From the NCBI GenBank assembly GCA_963817895.1, contig CAWFQB010000001.1, positions 832,001 through 896,000 of the forward strand: a DNA stretch of 64,000 bases, read 5' to 3'. Source of the DNA: an uncultured Chthonomonadaceae bacterium (GTDB lineage: Bacteria; Armatimonadota; Chthonomonadetes; Chthonomonadales; Chthonomonadaceae). Each line of letters begins with the position of its first letter. The stretch's first letter is position 1. Made by a program: the position numbers and the translations under genes. The notes under the pieces are model-generated. The model saw only the letters and a program-made list of their open reading frames with translations, was not told where the DNA came from and searched no databases. Of this stretch, positions 31,583 to 41,871 are shown in pieces.

Positions 31583-33742
31583 ATGCGCAAAATCTCCCTT
31601 GTTTCCACGTCCACGTTGTTCGTGTCCGATGCGGATTGCGCTCGTTCTCGACCCGAAAGCGCGAAGCGGCCAGTAAATAGGCGTGTCGCGCTGCCCCTTT
31701 CCGCGTTATGCCTTGTGGCGCTCGGCGTTCGGCCCTGTAGGGCGCAAAACGCCGCGCCCGCGTCCGCCGCCGCCGCCAAACCTGCCCCCGCCAAATCCGA
31801 CGCTTCCACTCCGGCCCCGATTGTGAAACCGGTTGCCGCGCCGGTTGCGGCAACGGAACCCGAACTGCCGCCGGACACGCCGCGAATCGGGCAGATTGTC
31901 GTTATCGGCAACAAAACGCTGTCGCAAACCGCCATTATACTTTTCAGCGGGCATAACGCGGGCGACGCCTGCATCGAAACGGTGCTGAGTGAAGATGCGG
32001 GCCAACATCTTCCAAAAAGGCTACTTCGGGATGCACAGCGCGTCCGTAGATGATGCCGTTCGGGTTCGCGTCGAGCCGATGGAGGACCGCAACCCCATTC
32101 TGGCCGCGATGGCAAACAGCGTGAAAGACCCCGACGACAAAGACAAGAGCGACAAGAGCAGCGACAAAACGGACGGGAACGCGAAAACAGCCAAACGGTA
32201 TAAAATCGTTATCGAAGTGGATGAAAACGATGTTGTGAAAAACGCGGTTGTCGAGGGCAACGGCCCGGTCAGGGAAGACGACATCATGCCCCTGCTGCAC
32301 ACGAAGCCGGGGATGGTGTACAACCCGTTTCAATTCCGCCGCGACTGCGCCGACATTCAGGATTTGTACAACAAGCGCGGTTATGCCGTCACGCCCGACG
32401 CGGACGCGGGCATAGACGGCAAGGGCAACTTGAACGTGAAACTGGTGGTGGCGCGCGTTTCCGAAATCAGGGTTGCCAAAAACCGCAAAACGCGCCCCGA
32501 AGTGGTCACGCGGGAACTGAAAACCAAAAAGGGCGATTACTACAACCGCGCGACTGTGCAGCGCGACCGCGTGGCCGTTTACAACACGGAGTTGTTTGAA
32601 GATGTAACCGTGGAAGAACGCAGCGCGGGAACGGGCAAAATTGCCCTTGTCTACAACGTGCCGGAAAAGAAATCGGGGCAGGTATTGGGCGGCCTGAGTT
32701 ACAGCGCCAGTTCCGGGCCGTTGGGAACCGCGTCCATTGTGGAGCATAATTTCCGGGGACGGGGCGAAACCCTGAGCCTGACCGGCGCGCTCGGAACCAG
32801 TTCCTTCAAGCAGCACACGGTTGACCTGGATTACCTGCGCCCCTGGGTGGACAAAAAAGGCACGAAAATGGACTTGTCGGTGTACGACAAGAACGTGACC
32901 CGGTTTGCGGATGGCCTGCAAAGCGGACTGCTCGGCACAGGAGGCGCCCTGCAAAACGGGCGCTTCAACCAGCAGCGGACGGGAGCCAGCGTCGCCTTTA
33001 CGCGCCCCCTGAGCGACACGCTGCACATCGGTCTGAACATCAAGGGCGAGGACACCCGCACCGACCCGCTTTCCGACCTGAGCGGCCTCAGTTCCAGCAT
33101 CATACAAAACGGGCCGATTTTTCAGGTGGGCGGCCTGCTGCAAAACGACACACGCGACTTTCCCGCCGATGCCGTCAAGGGCGGCTACCAATCCCTGACA
33201 ATGGCGCTGGACACGCGAACCTGCGGCCTGTGGGCAGCAGCGGCGCGAACATTCCGGGCGTATTCGGCAGTGGCAACTTCGGCAAATCGTCTTTGGAACT
33301 GCGCCAGTATTACAGTCTGACCGGGCCGCGCAACCCCAATAAACTGGATGAGGACAAGACCTCGCTGGCAATGCGCCTGATGGCGGGCAGCGCGGCGGGC
33401 AAACTGCCGTTCGCCGAACAGTTCTTTTTGGGCGGCATTGATACCCTGCGCGGCTACAAGGAAGACCGTTACTGGGGCAACTACATGATGGCGGGCACGC
33501 TGGAACTGCGGCAGCCGCTTGCCCGCAAGTTCAAGGGCGTTCTGTTCGTGGATGTCGGCAATACGTGGGGCGGAGATTACCGTACCGTAAACCTGAGCGG
33601 CTTCGCGCAGGGCGCGTTTCAGCCGCACATCGGCGCGGGCTTCGGCCTGCGCATCGGAACCCCCATCGGCCCCATCCGCCTCGACCTGGGATTTGGACAA
33701 GAGGGCGCGCGGGGCCATGTGGGAATCGGGAGATCGTTTTAG
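31583..33742 (+). CDS. bamA: Omp85/BamA-family outer membrane protein (frameshifts near 31990 and 33210)
   Basis: POTRA motifs (VVIGNK, YNKRGY, N.KT...V.REL), NFRGRGE, FFLGGIDTLRGY, GFGLR..TPIGPIRLD, terminal F. Confidence 0.85.
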
Positions 33743-33881
33743 GAGGTAGGTAGATGGGTAGGTAGGTAGATGGGTAGATAGGTAGTCAAAAGCGGCTTGC
33801 TCTTGTTGCATAAAAGCATAGAGCAAGCCGCTTGTTTCTCTACCTATCTACTCATCTACCTACCTACCCATCTACCTACCA
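33741..33881. repeat. Inverted (GGTAGATG/GGTAGGTA)n array with inner AAGCGGCTTGCTC hairpin
   Basis: Long palindrome between convergent genes. Confidence 0.85.
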
Positions 33882-34530
33882 ATAGTACGTCCCATACGGC
33901 GTTTCCTGGTTGCCGATGCGGGGCGTCCACTCGTACCAGGGGAACCAGCGGGGCGGGCCGATACGGAAAACCGGTGTTCGGCGCTGCTCGTAAGGCGTGT
34001 TCACATACTCGTCATCGTGTCCATTGCGGGACAGTCCCGCCGCCTGCGCCTGCGAACTCGTAGGCGTTTCCTTTGCCGTCGCGGGCGGTCAAGTCCATGC
34101 GCTTCAGCGTGAGCGGAAGAGTTTTGCCCTGATACGTCCACGCGCCCTTGATTTCGGTCATGGCGCGATTGGCCGTACCCTCGAACGCGCTGCCCGCCGT
34201 TTTGGAACTCAGGGATACGTGATTATCCTGTATAGTGAAGTTGTCCACCAGAACGCTGTATGGCGCTTGCGCGGACGTAACCATATTGCCCATCAAGCCT
34301 TCGCTGTTCGGACGCTTCGAGACCTCCAGAACCACGCGGCGCGACCCTTCCGAGGTGCGCAGCATCCCCTGCCACATCCCCTCGTAACTATTCGACAACC
34401 CCGCAGCGGAGCGATCCATCTTATTTTCTGTTTGCATCGTATCGGAATGAGACGCGGATTGCGCCTGCGTTGCCGTCGTTCCTACCGCGCCCAAGGCGCA
34501 CAGCAGCGAAGCCAGTATGATTTTTTTCAT
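33876..34530 (-). CDS. Secreted hypothetical protein (probable frameshift near 34020)
   Basis: MKKIILASLL...AQA signal; YEGMWQG, IKGAWT. An alternate frame continues DDDEYVNTPY...GTYYW to TAG at 33876. Confidence 0.6.
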
Positions 34531-34691
34531 GGGTGTTACCTCTTGGTAATGTTCGCGTAAATTGCCAGTGGAACAACGCCGTTTATCGCCGTCGTTCACT
34601 TACCTGTAAAGACTTCCTGACCCCTCCAATTGGTTCCAAAAAGATTCCGTCTGTAACCTGCGCTTCTGCATTAAAGCCTGTTGTATGGTAC

Positions 34692-34871
34692 TCAGGAGTG
34701 GAGAGTTTTCAGCCATACGATGATGACCAACACGGTGATAGAGGGAGAGATCATCATCAGGAATGGGATGGGCTGCCAGCCTGCCATAACACTGAATGGA
34801 AGGATAGCCAGGATCAGCGCGAACAAAACCGCTAACCGAATTGTCAGAATTTTACGCTGTTTGTGCGGCAT
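34692..34871 (-). CDS. 59-aa two-TM membrane protein
   Basis: AGGAG RBS; MPHKQRKILTIRLAVLFALILAIL...ITVLVIIVWLK. Confidence 0.55.
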   Translation of the reverse strand: MPHKQRKILTIRLAVLFALILAILPFSVMAGWQPIPFLMMISPSITVLVIIVWLKTLHS

Positions 34872-34900
34872 CGCGCTCCTGATGGCTTGCGCCTGCACTT

Positions 34901-35752
34901 TTACTTTGCGCCCGCCTGCTTTAGCAGCAAGACAATCCGGGCATTGGTATACCGTTTTGCGAAAACAAGAGCCGTTTCTCCGTCTTTGTCTTTTGCGTTC
35001 ACGTTCGCGCCGTGATGCAGCAGAACTTGCACCGTTTTGTAATCCGCATGAGTGTGTGAATAGCAGGCAGACATGAGCGCCGTGAAGCCATACTTGTTTC
35101 TGGCATTGACATCCAAACCCTGCTTCAACAACGATTGGATAAGACCATTGTTGCCCATATTGACTGCGCCCATCAGAGAGGTATTGGCGTAATCGTCTCT
35201 GGCAAACACATTCGCGTGACGCGCCAGCAGCAAAGGAACAATATCGCTGCGGTTGTCCCACATTGCCAGTAGCAAGGGAACCTTACCGATTCCTTGCGCG
35301 TTCACATCGGCTCCCGCTTCGATGAGCGCCTTAATCAGCGCGGTATGGCGCGGGGGAAGCCTGACATCTGAGGGACAATCCAGTGAGGTATTGAGCGCGA
35401 CATTCAGGGCGGAAACCGTTGTTTTGCTGCGCCGTTGTATGGCTTCGCTTTCCGTTTGCGGCGGGCCGAGGTTCATGTGTTTCGGTCGAAGGGGCCAGGT
35501 ATTTTGCGTATCCATAGAATACAATTCATCGCCCGTCATTGGCTTGTACCGCGCGTTCGGACTGGCTCCCTGCGCAAGCAGACGAACAACATCATTGGTT
35601 TTGTTGAATTTGATCGCGGTAATCAGCAGGGCGTCTTTTTGCTGCTGGCGGATGTCCTCCTGGGTAGCCCATGTTGTCGTTTCCAACAGCAACAGCAATA
35701 ACAGGATGCCTGCGATACCCGGGAGTTTGAACAAGCCTTTTGACATTTGCAT
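34901..35752 (-). CDS. Secreted ankyrin-repeat protein
   Basis: Signal peptide; GADVNA, TALMSA, GANVNAKDKDGETAL. Confidence 0.9.
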   Translation of the reverse strand: MQMSKGLFKLPGIAGILLLLLLLETTTWATQEDIRQQQKDALLITAIKFNKTNDVVRLLAQGASPNARYKPMTGDELYSMDTQNTWPLRPKHMNLGPPQTESEAIQRRSKTTVSALNVALNTSLDCPSDVRLPPRHTALIKALIEAGADVNAQGIGKVPLLLAMWDNRSDIVPLLLARHANVFARDDYANTSLMGAVNMGNNGLIQSLLKQGLDVNARNKYGFTALMSACYSHTHADYKTVQVLLHHGANVNAKDKDGETALVFAKRYTNARIVLLLKQAGAK

Positions 35753-35817
35753 ACCTCACAATCAGGTTGCCTGCTTCACGGTAAATGGCAGCGTCGGCAT
35801 TTACGCCTGCATCGTTG

Positions 35818-36432
35818 TCACATAATCAGGCCGGAAATGATGGCGGCGGCTCCCAGGATGATATGCGAAAGCGTGACGCCCCACCAGTTGGGGCAACGGG
35901 CGTAGATTGCGCCCCAGGCCAGCCCAATGAGCAGCGTTGCCACTGTGGTTACGGGCTGTCCGTACACGACGTGGACATACGCGAACGTGACAGCCGATAC
36001 CCACATAATTTCGCGGACATTTCGGATGTTTGCCGCCCGCATTTCCGCGATAATCAGGCTGCGAAACAAAAACTCCTGTACCGGGCTGGAGAAGAACACG
36101 TAGAAGGGATAAAACAGCCCCATTTCCCACGGATTGCGCGGATGAATCAGGCCCATCTTTACCAGAAGCAGCAGGACACTCAGGCCGATTGCCGTAACAA
36201 GACCATTGAGAAGCAGGGAAGCCCGCAGCGTGTCGCGCCGAAAACCGAGATCATGCGCGGATCGCTGCTGCTTGCGGACGTAAAGCAACATGCCGAGAAA
36301 AACCACGATCAGCGCGGGGTAACGCCATTCAAAGGGGATAATGCCCATCCAGATAAGCGTAATGGGCAGATAGTAGCCGAGCAAAAGTTTGCCGTAGAAA
36401 CTGAGGCGTCCATTTTGGGAATAGTCGGGCAT
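35818..36432 (-). CDS. CPBP/Abi (CAAX) intramembrane protease
   Basis: QEFLFR, FAYVH, SHII; multiple TM helices. Confidence 0.85.
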   Translation of the reverse strand: MPDYSQNGRLSFYGKLLLGYYLPITLIWMGIIPFEWRYPALIVVFLGMLLYVRKQQRSAHDLGFRRDTLRASLLLNGLVTAIGLSVLLLLVKMGLIHPRNPWEMGLFYPFYVFFSSPVQEFLFRSLIIAEMRAANIRNVREIMWVSAVTFAYVHVVYGQPVTTVATLLIGLAWGAIYARCPNWWGVTLSHIILGAAAIISGLIM

Positions 36433-36490
36433 GGTTCTGCCTCGTTCTTAGTTGGGCAAACACGGTTCGGGCAAACACGGAGGTTTGCCC

Positions 36491-37672
36491 CTACGGCGCG
36501 TCGGATACGCTGAGGGGATGTTCCTGCACCTGTACGGTGATACTACGCTCGTGTTTTTTGGCGGTTTCTTTGATTCCCACTTCGCCGGGGCGAACGATGC
36601 GCAAAACCACCTTGTCGCCGGGTTTGTGGCGGGCAATGGTTTCGGACACGTCGCGCTGATGCCGCATGTCGCGCCCGTCTATGGCGAGCAGAACGTCATC
36701 GGTTTGCAGTCCGGCAAGGCTGGCGGGGGTTTCCGGCAGAACGCGGGCGATGTGAACGCCCCGACCTTCCGGCAGGTTCAGCGACAGGCGCAGATAGGCG
36801 GGAACGGCATCCAGTTCCAGGCCGATCCAGGGCTTGCCGGGGGGACGCGGCGGCTTGCCCTCGGCGATCAGGGAACGCGCGATTTTGCGCACGCTGTTGA
36901 TGGGCAGCGCGAACCCCAGCCCGATACTGCCGCCGCTCGTGCCGGAACTCAATATCGCCGTGTTGATGCCGATTAACTGCCCGTTGACATTGGCAAGCGC
37001 GCCCCCGGAATTGCCCCGGTTGATGGCCGCGTCGGTTTGTATCGCGCCTTCGAGATTGTGCGCGTCGTCAATTTGCAGGTTGCGCCGGTTCAGCGCGGAG
37101 ATGATGCCCGCCGATACCGACGATCCCAATCCCATCGGGTTGCCGATAGCCACAACGGATTCGCCCACCTGCAATTTATCCGAGTCGGCCATTTCGGCGC
37201 AGGGCAGGTCGTGGGCGTCTACGCGCAGCACGGCAATGTCGCGCTCCGGGTCGCGGCCAATCATGCGGGCGTACTGCCAGTTGCCGCCCGCAAAGGTCAC
37301 GCGAACCCGGCTTGCGCCCTCGATGACATGCTCGTTGGTCACAATATAGCCGTCGGGCGTCAGGACGACACCCGACCCCTTGCCCCGGATTTCCTGATCC
37401 ATGTAGACGACATGCCCGCTGTCGTCCTGTTGCTTGATGCGCCCCACAATATCTATGTTGACTACGGCGGGAGCCAGTTTCCGAACCGCAAGGACAATCT
37501 TGTTATCCGTCACCGGCGTCAACATGGGAGGACGGTCCAGCAGGGCAAGGGCGCGCCGTTGCGCTTCACTCGTGGCAGGCGAACGGGACGGCAGGTAGTG
37601 CAGGGCCAGTCCCCCGACAACCGCCCCGCTCCCGAACACCCCCAGTAACGCCAGAAACCGCCGCCCTTTCAT
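36491..37672 (-). CDS. htrA: HtrA/DegP-family serine protease with one PDZ domain
   Basis: GSG, TNEHV, DIAV, IQTDAAINRGNSGG, GLGFALP, PDZ. Confidence 0.92.
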   Translation of the reverse strand: MKGRRFLALLGVFGSGAVVGGLALHYLPSRSPATSEAQRRALALLDRPPMLTPVTDNKIVLAVRKLAPAVVNIDIVGRIKQQDDSGHVVYMDQEIRGKGSGVVLTPDGYIVTNEHVIEGASRVRVTFAGGNWQYARMIGRDPERDIAVLRVDAHDLPCAEMADSDKLQVGESVVAIGNPMGLGSSVSAGIISALNRRNLQIDDAHNLEGAIQTDAAINRGNSGGALANVNGQLIGINTAILSSGTSGGSIGLGFALPINSVRKIARSLIAEGKPPRPPGKPWIGLELDAVPAYLRLSLNLPEGRGVHIARVLPETPASLAGLQTDDVLLAIDGRDMRHQRDVSETIARHKPGDKVVLRIVRPGEVGIKETAKKHERSITVQVQEHPLSVSDAP

Positions 37673-37703
37673 CCTGTCCTTACCTCCGAAAAATAGAAGA
37701 GAA

Positions 37704-38082
37704 TTTAGCCGCGAATACACGCGAATACACGCGAATGGCGTCAAAAACAATTCGTCAGGCAATAAACAACTGCTACCCCTCCGGCGTATCGAGAAGCTGC
37801 TGTAGGCGTTCCGACAATGCGGGAGGGAAGCGCGTTGTCCACGTCTGGTCAATCAGACCGACATCCAGCAGGTCGCGCAGGTGGATTTTGTCTTTGTCGC
37901 CAAAGGCCGTCAGATTGATGCGTGTCAATGCTTCCAGCGTAAGCGAAAACGGCTCCTATACTGCCGACATAGCGCAAGTCCTTACATTCACAATTGCCGC
38001 CCGTAAATGTCTTCTACAAGCAGAACAACAATCCTCATTTCCTATCCTCATTCGCGTGTATTCGCGTTCATTCGCGGCTAAA
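37704..38082. repeat. Inverted (CGCGAATACA)n arms enclosing a gene remnant
   Basis: TTAGCCGCGAATACACGCGAATACACGCGAAT ... ATTCGCGTGTATTCGCGTTCATTCGCGGCTAA. Confidence 0.8.
37773..37950 (-). pseudogene. C-terminal remnant of a nucleotidyltransferase-like protein
   Basis: LEALTRINLTAFGDKDKIHLRDLLDVGLIDQTW...LQQLLDTPEG*; no usable start or N-terminal domain. Confidence 0.5.
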
Positions 38083-38108
38083 CTCCTCTGCTAACTGTCC
38101 TGCCGCTT

Positions 38109-38582
38109 CTAACCTTTGATTTGTCGCAGCAGGTTCGCCATTTCCATCACGACAGTTGCGGCTTCCGCGCCCTTGTTGCCGGCTTTGCTGCCCGCCCGCT
38201 CAATTGCCTGCTCAATGCTTTCTACGGTAATCACCCCGAACGCGACGGGCAGGCCGGATTCCAGGGCGACGCTGTTCAGCCCGCTCGTCACCGCCCCGGC
38301 AATATGGTCGTAGTGCGAAGTCGCGCCCCGAATCACGCAGCCAAGCGCGACAATGCCGTCGTATTTTCCCGACACCGCCATTGCCTTTGCCGCAACGGGT
38401 ATCTCAAAACTGCCTGGAACCCAGGCAACCGTCACCTGTTCCTCATCGCCGCCGTGCCGCCGTATCGCGTCCAATGCGCCTTCCAGCAACGCTTTCGTGA
38501 TAAAGTCGTTCCACCGGCTGACCACAATGCCAAAGCGCAACCCGGTTGCGGTCAAGTTTCCTTCGATTATTTGAGGGGACAT
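38109..38582 (-). CDS. ribH: 6,7-dimethyl-8-ribityllumazine synthase
   Basis: SRWN, VPGSFEIP, LGCVIRGATSHYD, QAIERAG.K.GNKG. Confidence 0.97.
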   Translation of the reverse strand: MSPQIIEGNLTATGLRFGIVVSRWNDFITKALLEGALDAIRRHGGDEEQVTVAWVPGSFEIPVAAKAMAVSGKYDGIVALGCVIRGATSHYDHIAGAVTSGLNSVALESGLPVAFGVITVESIEQAIERAGSKAGNKGAEAATVVMEMANLLRQIKG

Positions 38583-38591
38583 AGAAAATCC

Positions 38592-38723
38592 TTAGGTTGT
38601 TAGGTTGTTGGTTGTCAGGTTGTTAGGCGTTCAGGACACTCCAAGATTGAACTCGTCTGTGTACCGGAAAGACTAACAGCCAAGCACCTGACAACCTAAC
38701 AACTAACAACTAATAACCTAACC
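38592..38723. repeat. Inverted (GTTGTTAG)n array
   Basis: Arms are reverse complements, between ribBA and ribH. Confidence 0.8.
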
Positions 38724-39970
38724 TACTCTTCTCCCTTGACTTCCGCTTTCCCTTCCGGCGTCAGGTCGTTGAGCGAGAAAATGTGGCCCATTTTTTCCTG
38801 TTTGGTTTGCAGGTAGCGGGCGTTGTGCGGGTTGGCCTCCACGGAAATCGGAACCCATTCCGTAATTTCCAGCCCGTAACCCTCTAAACCGGCCACTTTT
38901 TTGGGATTGTTGGTCATAAAGCGGATTTTTTTCAACCCTAAATCGGTCATGACCTGCGCCCCGATGCCATAGTCTCGCAGGTCAGGCTTGAAGCCGAGCA
39001 TTTCGTTTGCCGTGACGGTATCCGCGCCATTCTCCTGCAACTCATAGGCGCGGAGTTTGTTGATCAGGCCGATGCCCCGCCCCTCCTGTTCCATATAAAT
39101 CAATGCGCCCCGCCCCTCATCGGAAATTTTTTGCAGCGCGAGTTGCAGTTGGCTGCCGCAGTCGCATTTCAGCAAATCCAGCAGGTCGCCCGTCACGCAC
39201 GAGCTGTGGACGCGGACGAGAACGGGTTCCCCGTCCGTCACGTCGCCCTTGACAAACGCTACCACATGGTGCGGTTCCACGCTCGACTCGTAGGCGTATA
39301 CCTTGAAGTCGCCGTATTTTCCCGTCGGCAGGTTTGTCACCGCGACGCGCGTTATCAGGCGTTCCGTGCGCCGCCGATACGCGATTAAATCGGCCACCGT
39401 GATGATTTTCAGATCGAACTGTTGCGCCATCGTTTCCAGTTCGGGCATACGCGCCATTGTGCCATCCTCGCCTACGATTTCGCACAATACGCCCGTCGGC
39501 AGGAACCCGGCCAGTCGGCACAGGTCTACCGTCGCTTCCGTATGCCCCGCCCGGCGCAATACGCCGCCCTCCGCCGCGCGCAGGGGAATGATGTGTCCGG
39601 GCCGCGCCAGATGGTCGGGGTTAGCATGGGGGTCTACGAACACGGCAACGGTTTTCGCGCGGTCATACGCGGATATGCCCGTTGTCGTGCCGTGAATGGC
39701 GTCTACAGTGATGGTCATAGCCGTTCGGTGGCGGCTCGTATTCGTGCCTACCATCATCGGCAATTGTAGCGCTTCCAGTCTCGCCTCCGTAGTCGGCACA
39801 CAGGGGATGCCCCGCCCGTATTTAATAATGAAATTCATCACTTCGGGCGTACAGGCTTCCGCCGCCACAATGAAATCGCCCTCATTCTCGCGGTCTTCAT
39901 CGTCCACGACAATGACCACCTTGCCCTGCCGTATATCCTCAATCGCGGCCTCAATGCTGCTGAAACTCAT
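38723..39970 (-). CDS. ribBA: Bifunctional DHBP synthase / GTP cyclohydrolase II
   Basis: DDEDRENEGD, TGISA.DR, RPGH, GHTEA, RVHSSC.TGD, CDCG, QEGRGIGL, TNNP.K. Confidence 0.96.
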   Translation of the reverse strand: MSFSSIEAAIEDIRQGKVVIVVDDEDRENEGDFIVAAEACTPEVMNFIIKYGRGIPCVPTTEARLEALQLPMMVGTNTSRHRTAMTITVDAIHGTTTGISAYDRAKTVAVFVDPHANPDHLARPGHIIPLRAAEGGVLRRAGHTEATVDLCRLAGFLPTGVLCEIVGEDGTMARMPELETMAQQFDLKIITVADLIAYRRRTERLITRVAVTNLPTGKYGDFKVYAYESSVEPHHVVAFVKGDVTDGEPVLVRVHSSCVTGDLLDLLKCDCGSQLQLALQKISDEGRGALIYMEQEGRGIGLINKLRAYELQENGADTVTANEMLGFKPDLRDYGIGAQVMTDLGLKKIRFMTNNPKKVAGLEGYGLEITEWVPISVEANPHNARYLQTKQEKMGHIFSLNDLTPEGKAEVKGEE

Positions 39971-40003
39971 AACTTGGTTCCCCACGTTTCTATGCCTGTG
40001 CAA

Positions 40004-40139
40004 GCCCTCACCCCCGACCCCTCTCCCAACGTTGGGAGAGGGGAGTTTAATAGCCAACCCCTCTCCACTTTAGAAGAAGCATGTTTCAAGGGCCTCCCCT
40101 CTCCCAGGCTTTTTGGGAGAGGGGTCGGGGGTGAGGGCT
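40004..40139. repeat. Inverted pair of CCCTCACCCC REP-like elements
   Basis: 40004-40045 and 40095-40139. Confidence 0.85.
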
Positions 40140-40246
40140 ATTGTATCCTAATACGAACAGTCTACCCTACCTGTCACACCGCCGCGTGAAAGCTGCGCGA
40201 AACTTGCGGCCCGCTTCGTCCGTACCGTAATCAGAACCCAACACAA

Positions 40247-40336
40247 GGGAGTAGGGAGTAGGTTGTAGGGAGTAGGGCTATGCGCAAGTTGAGCAAAGAC
40301 TTTCCCTACTCCCTACTCCCTACAACCTACTCCCTA
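40247..40336. repeat. Inverted (GGGAGTA)n...(TACTCCC)n array
   Basis: Same unit and similar spacer at 61519-61609. Confidence 0.85.
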
Positions 40337-40350
40337 AATAGAGGATACTC

Positions 40351-41871
40351 ATGCCACAACCTACGCGAGCCAGTACCAAAACCAAAGCGGAACAGGAAGC
40401 GCAGCACAAAGCGCTACGCCGCGCTGAACAGGCCAATATTCTCGCGGGCATTCGCCCCATTCTGGAGGCGGAGGAACAACTGCTCGCCTTTGGACGCGCC
40501 CGCATCGCCGGGGGATGGCGCGGCAAGCTCAATGTCGGCCCGGAAGCCTTTTTCGCGCCCTTTGCCAATGTCGCGCTGACCGAACGCCGCTTCGTCGTGC
40601 AGCACGTCCATCATACCACCGGCAGGCCGAGCGAAATGCTGCCCCACTCCTACGCGCTTGGAACCATCTCCCGCGCCACCTTCACCGACATAGAAACGTT
40701 CGGGGGCGAGCCGGCCTGCCGTCTTATCCTGCATCTGCAAAACGGCCTGTACGTCCGCCTGCGCCTGCGCGGTCAACTGAACTTCGCTTCCGCGAAAAAC
40801 ATGGTGGAGTTGTTCGACTCACTCACACTCGCGCAGCGGGCCACAACCGTATCGCCCCTGCAAACTACCTGCGCCAACTGCCACCAGATTCTGGATCAGG
40901 ATTACAAATTTTGTCCCTTCTGTGGAACCGGTCAGGCCTCCGCTTCAGGCATCACGCTTGCAACAGGGGAAGAGGGGGAGACAAGGAGACAAGGAGAAGA
41001 GGAGACAGAAGCTCCCTTTACCTACCCGGCGCAGGAAATGGATTTCGCGTATGAGCGCGGGGACCAGCCTGCGGAATTCGGCATCGCTCTGCCCCTGCCG
41101 GAAGTAGAGCAGCCCGAGGCCGAGGCCGAGACAACGCCGGAGGAAGAAACCGCGCCCCCGGAAACCGGCATAACCACTGCGGAAGCGCCGGATGTGGAAG
41201 ACAACCCTGCGCCGGACGCGCCGGAAGAGATGCTGGATGGGGTTGCGCCGGAAAACTTTGCCGAGACAGGGTTGGCAACGCCCCAAAGCGACAACGCGCT
41301 CGGAGAACCGCAGCAACCCACAGCGGAAACACCGCAAACGGTTTCAGCCCAACTAGAAGGGCCGAGGGAAACGCTGGAACCAGATGATTTGACAACGATG
41401 GATTACCCGCTGGCTGCCGATTTCGACACCACAGAACCCATGCCCACTACGGCAACCGCAGCCGAAGTCGGGGCCAACATGGATTTCGGGCAGTACGAGG
41501 CGCAGGATTATGCCGAATTTCCGTTCAGCGAAGGGAACGCGGCGCAAAGGGACGCGGGGCAGGCAACAGCCCTGAATGTGGCCGACGACAATTCGGACAT
41601 TGTTCGCGATGACATAAGCGAAGCGTTCCTGCCCCATGCTTCCAGTGAAGAACAAGCAGGCAGTACAGCCGAAGCCTCTGCCGAACACGCGGACGAGCAT
41701 CACGACTTATTCACTGACGCGACGCCACACGCCACAGGTGACGAAAACATTGATTTCAATGTACCCATAACAGAAAACAGGGAACAGGGAACAAGCGAGA
41801 TGCGAGGAGGAGAGGATTCATCCCTCATCCCTCATCCTTCATCCTTACCTGATACGGAGAACCAGCCATGA
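40351..41871 (+). CDS. PH-like N-domain, zinc ribbon and long acidic disordered tail
   Basis: VALTERR beta motif; CANC...FCPFCG; E/D/P/T-rich C-terminal half. Confidence 0.7.
   Translation: MPQPTRASTKTKAEQEAQHKALRRAEQANILAGIRPILEAEEQLLAFGRARIAGGWRGKLNVGPEAFFAPFANVALTERRFVVQHVHHTTGRPSEMLPHSYALGTISRATFTDIETFGGEPACRLILHLQNGLYVRLRLRGQLNFASAKNMVELFDSLTLAQRATTVSPLQTTCANCHQILDQDYKFCPFCGTGQASASGITLATGEEGETRRQGEEETEAPFTYPAQEMDFAYERGDQPAEFGIALPLPEVEQPEAEAETTPEEETAPPETGITTAEAPDVEDNPAPDAPEEMLDGVAPENFAETGLATPQSDNALGEPQQPTAETPQTVSAQLEGPRETLEPDDLTTMDYPLAADFDTTEPMPTTATAAEVGANMDFGQYEAQDYAEFPFSEGNAAQRDAGQATALNVADDNSDIVRDDISEAFLPHASSEEQAGSTAEASAEHADEHHDLFTDATPHATGDENIDFNVPITENREQGTSEMRGGEDSSLIPHPSSLPDTENQP

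Noticed and set aside
39970..40250. FMN riboswitch upstream of ribBA
   Set aside because: No RFN consensus (AGGGC.GGGUG.AA.UCCC.ACCG.CGGU) on the minus strand; the hairpins present belong to the CCCTCACCCC repeat family.
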